Below are positions 8,599-16,150 of a stretch of DNA of 64,000 nt, piece by piece. Each line of letters begins with the position of its first letter. Position 1 is the stretch's first letter. The notes under the pieces are model-generated. The model had not been told where the DNA came from. It saw nothing but the letters and a program-made list of their open reading frames with translations, and made no database searches. Both the position numbers and the translations under genes were made by a program. The stretch spans positions 3,328 through 67,327 of the forward strand of contig DAOSAR010000001.1 of NCBI GenBank assembly GCA_035360455.1. The letters run 5' to 3'. This DNA is from Candidatus Pacearchaeota archaeon (lineage in GTDB: Bacteria; Patescibacteriota; Minisyncoccia; Minisyncoccales; GCA-002788555).

Positions 8599-9392
8599 AA
8601 TGGTTTGTTAACTTTGTTTACTAAAACTTGTTTTCCAAAGCTGATTTTCCATTTTGAATTTTGAAAACCAATTTGAATTAATAAATTTTCGTATTCTTCT
8701 TCGCTAAGAAATGTATACTCTTCGACTGGTGTAAAAAATTTTATCATTTTAATTGCAAAATATGGTAAAAAACATTTTTGTTTTATCCATTGACATGGGT
8801 TTAATAGATAAATTGAAGCAAGCAAAGCTCCTGTTAAACGACTAACATCTTTTTTGGGGGTGCTCCATATTAATACTCCACCGGGTTTTAAAATTCTATA
8901 TATCTCTTGAAAGATTACTTTCAGTGCATTTTTGCCTTTTTGTCCTTGGGATTCTATAATATACGTTATAACTTTACTCGATACAATTCCATCAAAATAG
9001 TTATCAGGAAATGGTAGTTTTTGAGAAAGATCAATATGTTGTAGTTTTATAGAAGAGTTGCCTAGTTCTTGGAGTCTTTTTTTAGCAGGTTCTAAATAAA
9101 GATCTCCTGCTATAATTTCTACTTCTCCTTTTGATTTTTCCAAGATTAGTTCTGTAACAGGAAGAGATCCACAACCAAGATCTAACCATTTTTGACCTTT
9201 TTGAGGATTAATAAATTCATTAATTACTTTTAATTCATTTTGATAATGCGGAAGATTTAAGAAAGCATCTCTATATTTGCTTATCATTAATTCTGCATAT
9301 TCTTTCCAAAACTCCCTTTCTTCTTCTTGAATTTTGTTTAAATCCTCTTCTCTTGACACGTTTTTTTTGTTTTGATAAGATTCTTGTGCCAT
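8595..9392 (-). CDS. Class I SAM-dependent methyltransferase
   Basis: WLDLGCGSLPVT (motif I), IIAGDL (post-I), FDGIVSS, LKPGGVLIWSTP. Confidence 0.75.
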   Translation of the reverse strand: MAQESYQNKKNVSREEDLNKIQEEEREFWKEYAELMISKYRDAFLNLPHYQNELKVINEFINPQKGQKWLDLGCGSLPVTELILEKSKGEVEIIAGDLYLEPAKKRLQELGNSSIKLQHIDLSQKLPFPDNYFDGIVSSKVITYIIESQGQKGKNALKVIFQEIYRILKPGGVLIWSTPKKDVSRLTGALLASIYLLNPCQWIKQKCFLPYFAIKMIKFFTPVEEYTFLSEEEYENLLIQIGFQNSKWKISFGKQVLVNKVNKPL

Positions 9393-9403
9393 ATATAAGT
9401 GGT

Positions 9404-9570
9404 AAGACAGCTTTCTTCATTTAAGTCTTTATTGGTTTTTGAATTTATATATATTTATCTATATAAAACAGAACAGAAGTTCTGTTTTATATATTTATTC
9501 CTTACCTTATTTTTTATTAATATTAACTATTAAGCTCAAAAACCTCAACAAAATAAAAGAAAGCTGTCTT
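9404..9570. repeat. MITE-like nested inverted repeat in the operon upstream region
   Basis: Perfect 14-bp terminal inverted repeat AAGACAGCTTTCTT (9404..9417) / AAGAAAGCTGTCTT (9557..9570). It encloses a perfect 12-bp hairpin ATAAAACAGAAC-agaa-GTTCTGTTTTAT (9462..9490). Confidence 0.6.
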
Positions 9571-9835
9571 TTATTTTAATTAGGTTAACCTTTGTGTTTA
9601 TTTTATACTCTTTGAGTGAAGATTGCAAAAAAATATTTAAAACCGACACTTTAAGAATTAAGAAGTTATTAAGTTCAAGAATTTAACGCAACATTATGGT
9701 AGTATACCATAAAGTAATAAGAAGCGTTAAATTCTATAAAAACATATCATCGTCTAAGTTTTATTAAATTAATAAATTTAATAAAGTTCAAATCTCTTTA
9801 TTAAAATGCAGACCGAAAATCAACTTTTCATTAAT

Positions 9836-9906
9836 TTATTTTCTCACTTAGCTTTGAATTAAATTAACCCAATTATGCCAGGCGTCTGTATTTTGTGGTT
9901 TATCAT
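9836..9906 (-). pseudogene. Fragment of a paralog of the 12142..12867 gene (last ~17 codons only)
   Basis: 9836..9883 matches 12142..12189 with 3 mismatches in 48 nt. It translates YDKPQNTDAWHNWVNLIQS* versus ...STNAWHNWINLIQSQVRK*. Upstream homology is lost and stops appear. Confidence 0.6.
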
Positions 9907-9930
9907 AGTTTCTTTAAAAACTTCAAAATG

Positions 9931-9960
9931 AAAAAACAGGATTTTTGAATCCTGTTTTTT
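9931..9960. terminator. Symmetric (bidirectional-looking) terminator hairpin
   Basis: AAAAAACAGGAtttttgaATCCTGTTTTTT, with A-run and T-run on either side. Confidence 0.55.
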
Positions 9961-10072
9961 AGTAACTCCCGCAATGGGACAATTTCAGAATGCTTAAATG
10001 GTCAGATTCAATACAATGTCCTGAGATAATGATAAAACAAATACAAGAACTATTGCAGGTTGTTTAAAATGT

Positions 10073-10183
10073 ATTTACCCCACCTTTCAACTCACTATTT
10101 CTCAGGTGGGGGTGGGAGGTAAAGTTGAGGTTCTTTGAGAAAGTGTATATGGTACTCGTACGCAATTTTTGAAAAATAACAGG
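10073..10183. repeat. Conserved intergenic element, copy 2
   Basis: TTTACCccacctttcaactcacTATTTCtcaggtggggg...cgcaatttttgaaaaataacagg. Contains a perfect 8-bp hairpin CCCCACCT-N18-AGGTGGGG. Confidence 0.6.
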
Positions 10184-10187
10184 AGGG

Positions 10188-10224
10188 TTTACCCTACTCC
10201 TCTACTCACTATATTTTCTAAGGG
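10188..10224. repeat. Conserved intergenic element, copy 3 (core only)
   Basis: TTTACCctactcctctactcacTATATTttctaaggg. It ends 1 nt before the stop codon of ORF 10226..10765. Confidence 0.55.
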
Positions 10225-10225
10225 A

Positions 10226-10765
10226 TCAATATTTTACTTTTTCCCAATCTGTATTTAAAATACAACCCTCTATGCATTCTTCCCTAGTTGAATAACCCTT
10301 AGTTGAAAAATCTATAGTTATAGTTGGAAAATCCTTCCAATATTTCCAATATGACCAAACCCCTTCTCCTTGTTGTGTAATTTCATAAGTGCATCGTTTT
10401 TTACAATCATTAACTTTTGCAACGTGATTAGAAATTATTATACTCCCTGTTACAATAATGGCTATAATAATTAACCAAAACCACCATTTTTTCCAGACTG
10501 GACTTTTCTCAACTTTTTCTCTATGTTGAAACTCCCAAATCCATTTATGAAAGTAATTTATAACTAAAGCTACTATTGCTGAAAAAGAAATTAAAGTAAA
10601 AAACATTCCAAATATTTCCCCTACTGAAGCCTCATCTTCATTTAGGCTTATAATAGTTATAACCGTCATTAAAACACTAATAATAGCAAAAACAGCAAAT
10701 TTAATTAAAAATTCTCTTTTAAAATTAAACTTAATATTAGATTTTTGTATTGGTTCTTTTTCCAT
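10226..10765 (-). CDS. Hypothetical membrane protein with a C-terminal 4-Cys extracytoplasmic domain
   Basis: Three predicted TM helices, including KKWWFWLIIIAIIVTG (the same WWFWL anchor motif as ORF 19797..20339). The tail has C..C...C..C. Confidence 0.5.
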   Translation of the reverse strand: MEKEPIQKSNIKFNFKREFLIKFAVFAIISVLMTVITIISLNEDEASVGEIFGMFFTLISFSAIVALVINYFHKWIWEFQHREKVEKSPVWKKWWFWLIIIAIIVTGSIIISNHVAKVNDCKKRCTYEITQQGEGVWSYWKYWKDFPTITIDFSTKGYSTREECIEGCILNTDWEKVKY

Positions 10766-11000
10766 AATTTTTAATTTTTTATTATAAATAGTGGTATCTT
10801 TTTATATTCTCTTAATTTATTAATAATTTTTTAATTATTTAAATTCTTCATTTTTTGGGTTTATCAAGTTTTTTGATTCTTGTATTGTATTGTATTATTC
10901 TCTTCAAAATAATTTACTATCCATAAAAAGATTTTTTTTATTATATTCTTTGCTTTTTTGAATTTGATCTTGGCTCATTTTTTTTCTTAATTTCTATATT

Positions 11001-11957
11001 TTATTTTAAAAGATTTTTATATTGTTTATTTTTTTGCCTTTTGAGAATTAAACTTGCAATTAAAAAACAAATTCTAGTTGCTCCTAATGCCCAAGAAGAA
11101 ATAGGAATGTTATTTACCATTGCTAATAATGCCGAAGTTAAAGTTGGCTTGGCGGTTTCTTCCTCAGGAAAAAATTGAGATTCATTAGAAATCGTTGTAG
11201 GTTCTTCTGGATTCTCTAAAGTTGGCTCAGTAACCTTTTTTTCGGGCAGAGATTGAAATTCATTAGAAGCTGTTGTTGGCTTTTCTGGATTCTCGGTAGA
11301 ATTTTCTATCTTTTGTTCTGGTTCTGAAATTGATTCTATTTGTTGAGTCTGTGGTTTCGCTTCTGGTTGAGAAACAATTTCGGAAGTTCGTTCTTGGGTT
11401 ACTTCTGGAGTTTGTTTTGTCTGAGGAGTTGGTGAAACAGAGTTTAAAGACGAATTTATTTCTGGTAATGTTGATGGTGAAGGTGTGTTTATATCTGGCG
11501 TGTAAGTATAATTAGTTGGAGGAGTATATGGAATGGATGGATAATCATTTATCCTTTCAACACTAGAAACAAGACAATTTTCATTAGAATCAAAAAGGTA
11601 GATTTCATCACCCATGCTTAAGAATCCCCCATCATCTATATTAATATATTGATTTTTATATTGCCGCATACTGAAGCATCCGATGCCATATTTAACAAGA
11701 TATTTATTGGTTCCATATTCATTTTTGAGTATAACTTCTCTTTTATTATCAACTACTGAATCAACAAAATATTTTTGAAGATTAACTTTTTTAGGAACAT
11801 TACCAACCTTACAAGTGTTTGTTTGGCCAAAGCTATTAATAATAGTATCTCCAAACATTGGTGAGATAAGTGTATCAATATAAATATATTGCCCTTCGAA
11901 AAAATCACTGCTATAGCAGTCATAGTTATAATCAATAATAATATTGTGAAATTCCAT
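11001..11957 (-). CDS. Surface-protein-like ORF: globular N-domain, P/T/E/Q-rich low-complexity repeats, C-terminal TM plus basic tail
   Basis: Internal repeat ENPEKPTTASNEFQSLPEKK / ENPEEPTTISNESQFFPEEE. C-terminus ICFLIASLILKRQKNKQYK. No signal peptide in this frame (see 11932..12105). Confidence 0.55.
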   Translation of the reverse strand: MEFHNIIIDYNYDCYSSDFFEGQYIYIDTLISPMFGDTIINSFGQTNTCKVGNVPKKVNLQKYFVDSVVDNKREVILKNEYGTNKYLVKYGIGCFSMRQYKNQYINIDDGGFLSMGDEIYLFDSNENCLVSSVERINDYPSIPYTPPTNYTYTPDINTPSPSTLPEINSSLNSVSPTPQTKQTPEVTQERTSEIVSQPEAKPQTQQIESISEPEQKIENSTENPEKPTTASNEFQSLPEKKVTEPTLENPEEPTTISNESQFFPEEETAKPTLTSALLAMVNNIPISSWALGATRICFLIASLILKRQKNKQYKNLLK

Positions 11958-12105
11958 CAGTTATTAATAAACTTCGAAAACCGAACTTTTCCTCTACTAA
12001 AAAAGCTTTCAAATTTGAAGCCGAAACAAAATTAGCCATTAGAAATATGGATATTAAAAAAGATAAAATAAATATTCTTTTAAATTTTTGTTTAGTTTTG
12101 TCCAT
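11932..12105 (-). CDS. 57-codon ORF encoding only a signal peptide; probably the frameshifted 5' end of 11001..11957
   Basis: Own translation: MDKTKQKFKRIFILSFLISIFLMANFVSASNLKAFLVEEKFGFRSLLITDGISQYYY*. It overlaps the downstream ORF start by 26 nt in another frame. Confidence 0.45.
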   Translation of the reverse strand: MDKTKQKFKRIFILSFLISIFLMANFVSASNLKAFLVEEKFGFRSLLITDGISQYYY

Positions 12106-12141
12106 TGTGATCGAATTTTTTATTTCTTAAGATTACCGGCT

Positions 12142-12867
12142 TTATTTTCTCACTTGGCTTTGGATTAAATTAATCCAATTATGCCAGGCATTAGTTGATT
12201 CAAGATTATCCCAACCTTCTTGAGTGTTTAAATCTATATTATCTTTTTCGATTGTAGTTTGGAGGTCGTTGTAATATTTAGAGATGGTTTCAAAACTTTG
12301 AACAAAGGTTTGTTCTTCTGGGGTTAAGTTATCTTTATTTACTGGATAGTATCTTTGAACTAATGACCAGGACTGAGCAGTTGTGGCATAAGCAGTACTT
12401 TCAAGTTCTAAAATACTGTTTTGCCAGTGTTCTTTTGAAGTATCTTTATATTGAGTGTTTCTTTCCCATTTATGAGTAAGTTCATGATATAAGATAGGCA
12501 GCCAGATTTCACTTTTAATATTCAAATATGGGTTGATATATAAAATATCACTGACCATATCGTATTGGGCAGGATGATCTTCTGGGTAGGTTTTTGCTTC
12601 GGGAATAAGTTCTGTGATATCTCCTAGAGGAATTTCTCCTTTTTTAAGTTCTTCCAATACATAGTTATGAACTTCCAATAACCCTGATGGAATCTCTGGA
12701 GCATTATCTACCATATTTACCGCTTCATTTAATCTTTCAAGTACAATCTTTTGATTAGTTTTCTTTGAGCCTCCTAAAAGAAAACCTGCAAAGAAAAGGG
12801 CAACAATAATCAAAATGCCAATAATAAGGAAAAGTTTATTCTTTCCCCGTTTTTTGGGGTTTAACAT
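12142..12867 (-). CDS. Membrane-anchored HExxH protein (putative zinc metallopeptidase-like)
   Basis: N-terminal anchor KLFLIIGILIIVALFFAGFLLGG. The motif LPILYHELTHKW (HELTH) is the only catalytic-type signature. Confidence 0.45.
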   Translation of the reverse strand: MLNPKKRGKNKLFLIIGILIIVALFFAGFLLGGSKKTNQKIVLERLNEAVNMVDNAPEIPSGLLEVHNYVLEELKKGEIPLGDITELIPEAKTYPEDHPAQYDMVSDILYINPYLNIKSEIWLPILYHELTHKWERNTQYKDTSKEHWQNSILELESTAYATTAQSWSLVQRYYPVNKDNLTPEEQTFVQSFETISKYYNDLQTTIEKDNIDLNTQEGWDNLESTNAWHNWINLIQSQVRK

Positions 12868-13020
12868 ATTGTCGCAATGGATTTTATTTGAACGGCGTCC
12901 AATAGAAAAGGACTTCCGTTCTTATGACAATTCCTTTCGGAACTGTCTATCGTCTTTTGACGATAACCATTGCGACAAAAAAACAGAACGGAAGTCCGTC
13001 TCTATGTCGCAATGGATTTT
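12868..13020 (-). promoter_or_regulatory. Structured 5' leader with mutually exclusive helices
   Basis: TGTCGCAATGGATTTT at 12870..12885 and 13005..13020, with the inverted copy CCATTGCGACA at 12967..12977. Perfect 13-bp pair 12910..12922 / 12985..12997. Hairpins at 12948..12965 and about 12924..12946. Confidence 0.5.
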
Positions 13021-13110
13021 TATGCCATGTCCTTTTAGGATTTAGGCAATTAATGTTATAAATTTAAATTTTCAAAAAAAATAAAAAACAGAAGATCTCT
13101 TTTCTTTAAG

Positions 13111-13194
13111 TGCCCAGGGAGGGACTCGAACCCTCAAGGACGTATGTCCAACAGATTTTAAGTCTGTCGCGTATACCAGTTCCGCCACCTGGGC
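13111..13194 (-). tRNA. tRNA-Leu (anticodon UAA)
   Basis: GCCCAGG acceptor, anticodon loop CUUAAAA, long variable arm, T-arm GAGGGTTCGAGTCCCTC, discriminator A, no encoded CCA. Confidence 0.9.
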
Positions 13195-13212
13195 ATTTTA
13201 AAATATTCATTT

Positions 13213-13285
13213 AGGCCAGGGCGAGAATTGCACTCGCGCATAGCGATTTTGCAGACCGCCGTGTTAGCTACTTCACCACCTGGCC
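13213..13285 (-). tRNA. tRNA-Cys (anticodon GCA)
   Basis: GGCCAGG acceptor, anticodon loop CUGCAAA, discriminator U. The T-arm GCGAG-TGCAATT-CTCGC has an atypical T-loop. Confidence 0.8.
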
Positions 13286-13302
13286 TAATAAATTATTGTA
13301 GC

Positions 13303-14274
13303 TTATCTCTTTTCTTTTTTCAATTCTTTTTTTATCCTTTCTAAGACCTCAAAAAGATTCCCTTCAATCTTGCAACCAGCTGCATATTTATGACCACCTC
13401 CTCTAAATTTTTGGGCAATCCTAGAAACATCTACTCCATTATAAGAACGAAGAGAGACTTTAATTTTATGTTTTTGCTCTATTAAGGTGAGATAAATTTC
13501 TGCATCGCCAATACTTGCAAGGAAATCAGGAAAAATTGGTGGCTCAGATAAGTTCAATCCTTTTTCTCCTTTAAAATCTGACATCAAAAGATAAGAATAA
13601 ATTAAATTTAAATTTCCATCTTTTTCTGCTCTTTCAAGAAACTTTGCTAAAATTTTTGCTCGACTTAATTCTAAATGCTGATAGGCAGACATTATTTTGA
13701 ATAATTCACCACCAGCTAAAATTAACTCTCCTATGATTTTTTCAACTTTTTGATAGTTTTGGCTACTTCGACAAAAACCGACAGTATCAGTCAAAATTCC
13801 TGTTAAAAGAAGTGTGGCTAAGTTTTTGTTAATTTCTACTTTTTGGAATTTAAAAAATAAATAAATCATCTCAGCAGTTGAAGAAGCCTTGGGACCAATT
13901 AGCTTTATCTTTCCAATTCTATCACCGCTAAGATGGTGATCAAAAGTAATAACTTTTTGATGTAAAAGTTTAATATTTTGAGGAATTTCTAATCTTTCTT
14001 TATCAGCATAATCTAAGGCAAATATCAAATCGAAATTAGGATTCTCTGGCGGTTTTTGTTGAAGTTTTTCAAATCCAGGCAAAAATCTTAAAAATTTCGG
14101 AGGTTGAGGTATAAAGATAAAGGCTTGCTTTTTTTGTTTTTGAAAAAAGTAATTTAAAGCTAAAGCTGAACCAATAGCATCTCCATCGGGCGCTCGATGA
14201 GTCAGAATTAAAATCCTTTTATTTTTTTGAATTTCTTTTTTAACTTGATTAAATTTTGCAGTGCTAATTTCCAC
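13303..14274 (-). CDS. DHH/DHHA1 phosphoesterase (NrnA-like oligoribonuclease / pAp phosphatase)
   Basis: HRAPDGDAIGSALAL, FDHHLSGD, GGGHKYAAG. Confidence 0.8.
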   Translation of the reverse strand: MEISTAKFNQVKKEIQKNKRILILTHRAPDGDAIGSALALNYFFQKQKKQAFIFIPQPPKFLRFLPGFEKLQQKPPENPNFDLIFALDYADKERLEIPQNIKLLHQKVITFDHHLSGDRIGKIKLIGPKASSTAEMIYLFFKFQKVEINKNLATLLLTGILTDTVGFCRSSQNYQKVEKIIGELILAGGELFKIMSAYQHLELSRAKILAKFLERAEKDGNLNLIYSYLLMSDFKGEKGLNLSEPPIFPDFLASIGDAEIYLTLIEQKHKIKVSLRSYNGVDVSRIAQKFRGGGHKYAAGCKIEGNLFEVLERIKKELKKEKR

Positions 14275-14338
14275 AAATTTATTTTTTCCATTAGATATTT
14301 TATAGATATTCTAATGGAATTAGCAAATATTCGCGAAT

Positions 14339-14671
14339 TTATTTGCGTTTATTCGTAAATTGGTTCATTTTATAAAAATTCTTCATTCCTTTATCAATTT
14401 CAAAATGAATCTTGGGCACTGGTTTCATTCTTAATTTTCTATCAATTTGCTTTTGAATATCGTAAATATTTTTTTCCAAAATTGAAAGAACTTTTTGCTC
14501 TTTTTCTTCTGGCATCACACTAATAAAAACTGTTGCTTTAGAACAATCACCAGTGCTATCAACATCAGTAATACTTACGAATGCATTATCAAAATCAATT
14601 TCCTTAATTAAAATTTGGCTGATTTCTTTTTTTAAAAGGCTATTTAATTTTTGCAGACGAAAAGACGACAT
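14339..14671 (-). CDS. rbfA: Ribosome-binding factor A
   Basis: RLQKLNSLLKKEISQIL..., about 110 aa, located directly after infB. Confidence 0.8.
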   Translation of the reverse strand: MSSFRLQKLNSLLKKEISQILIKEIDFDNAFVSITDVDSTGDCSKATVFISVMPEEKEQKVLSILEKNIYDIQKQIDRKLRMKPVPKIHFEIDKGMKNFYKMNQFTNKRK

Positions 14672-14683
14672 AACTTCAGAATT

Positions 14684-16150
14684 TTAGAGAACTTCTACGT
14701 ATTGATAAGAAATTAATATATCTCCCTCTTTTATTTTTGTATTTCCTTCATAAGAAATACCAATTTCTTCTCCAAACTTTCCTTCCCCTATTTTTTTTCT
14801 ATCTTTTTGAATTTCTATAATCTTACCTTTGCCTATTATTTGATTATTTCTTTCTATTTCTACTTCTCCATTTTTAATTATACCGTCGATAACCTCACCC
14901 CCAACAATTTGTTGATATTTTTTACCTTTTTTACTTTGGGTTTTAAAGCAAGCTGAGATCTTCATTTTTCCAGATTGTTCTCTTACTTTTGCTCTTTTTG
15001 CTATTTTCTCTCGCATTAATTTACGAATATTATCAATAAGATCATATACAATTTCAAAACTTAAAATTTTAATATTCTTTTGTTGAGCAATAGTTTTCAC
15101 TTGAGGTGAAATCTTTGCTCTAAAACTTATTATTTGCGCTCCAAGGTCTTCTGCTAATTTTACATCAGAAAAATTTACCTCTCCTACCTCTCCCTTAATA
15201 ATATTTACTTTTTGCCCTTCTTCAGAAAGATTTTTAAGGATTTTTTCAATCACTTCTAACGTTCCTTTAACATCAGTTTTTAAAATTATATTTAAAGTAT
15301 CTTTCACCGGTGCTGATTGAATGGTGAAAAATGGCTTTTTTTCAAGATAAGCTTGAGCCTCTTCAAGAGAATTAAAAGTTTTGAAAGTTTCTCCTAAACT
15401 TGGTACTTCTTCAAGTCCGGTTACAATTACTGGTTCGCCAGGAAAAGCTTTATCTCTCGGCTTCCCCTGAAAACCTTCTAATGTTTTTATTTTGCCAAAA
15501 GTTGAGGAAGAACCAATAATATTTCCTTTTTTAAGTTCGCCAGTCTCTAAAATTAAAGTAGCAGTAGGTCCACGCAAAGAATCTAAATAACTTTCTATTA
15601 CAAATCCTTCGGTTCTAGCGTCTTCTCTTTCGTTTTTTTTCTCTGACATTTCCCATAAAAGATTAATCATTTCTAGAAGTTCATTGATCCCCTGGCCAGT
15701 TTTTGCCGAGGTTTCTACTACCGGTACATCTCCTCCGTATTCTTCAACTAAAACTCCTTCTTTTTGAAGCTGGTTTTTTACTTTTTGGGGATCAGCATTA
15801 GGTTTATCAATTTTATTTAAGCAAACAATTATTGGAATTTTTGCCTTTTTAATTTCTGAAATTGCTTCTCGCGTTTGCGGCTTTACTCCTTCGTCAGCTG
15901 CTACTACTAAAATTGCAATATCAGCTACTTTTGCTCCCCGTGTTCTCATTTCTGAAAAGGCTTCATGGCCTGGAGTATCAATAAAAGTAATTTTTTTGCC
16001 TTTTGTCTCAACTTCATAAGCACCAATATGCTGAGTAATACCACCAGCTTCTTTCTCAGTAATTCTAAATCCCTTCTTGATTGCTTCAAGAAGACTAGAC
16101 TTTCCATGGTCAATATGGCCTAAAACCACAACAACAGGTATTTTAAACAT
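14684..16150 (-). CDS. infB: Translation initiation factor IF-2, minimal form starting at the G domain (488 aa)
   Basis: PVVVVLGHIDHGKSSLL, DTPGHEAF, NKIDK. No N-terminal domains precede the GTPase. Confidence 0.9.
   Translation of the reverse strand: MFKIPVVVVLGHIDHGKSSLLEAIKKGFRITEKEAGGITQHIGAYEVETKGKKITFIDTPGHEAFSEMRTRGAKVADIAILVVAADEGVKPQTREAISEIKKAKIPIIVCLNKIDKPNADPQKVKNQLQKEGVLVEEYGGDVPVVETSAKTGQGINELLEMINLLWEMSEKKNEREDARTEGFVIESYLDSLRGPTATLILETGELKKGNIIGSSSTFGKIKTLEGFQGKPRDKAFPGEPVIVTGLEEVPSLGETFKTFNSLEEAQAYLEKKPFFTIQSAPVKDTLNIILKTDVKGTLEVIEKILKNLSEEGQKVNIIKGEVGEVNFSDVKLAEDLGAQIISFRAKISPQVKTIAQQKNIKILSFEIVYDLIDNIRKLMREKIAKRAKVREQSGKMKISACFKTQSKKGKKYQQIVGGEVIDGIIKNGEVEIERNNQIIGKGKIIEIQKDRKKIGEGKFGEEIGISYEGNTKIKEGDILISYQYVEVL

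Noticed and set aside
6802-9392. Microcin-C-like cluster (MccB-like E1 plus MccD-like methyltransferase)
   Set aside because: I found no heptapeptide-type mini-ORF ending in Asn upstream of the E1-like gene. The E1-like protein lacks the N-terminal peptide-clamp extension. No exporter or immunity genes are adjacent. This is kept only as a loose analogy in the main finding.
12815-13045. 76-aa plus-strand ORF and 64-aa ORF 47429..47623 as small protein genes
   Set aside because: Both are translations of palindromic repeat or leader sequence with no independent coding signature. The underlying DNA is better explained by the inverted-repeat structures.
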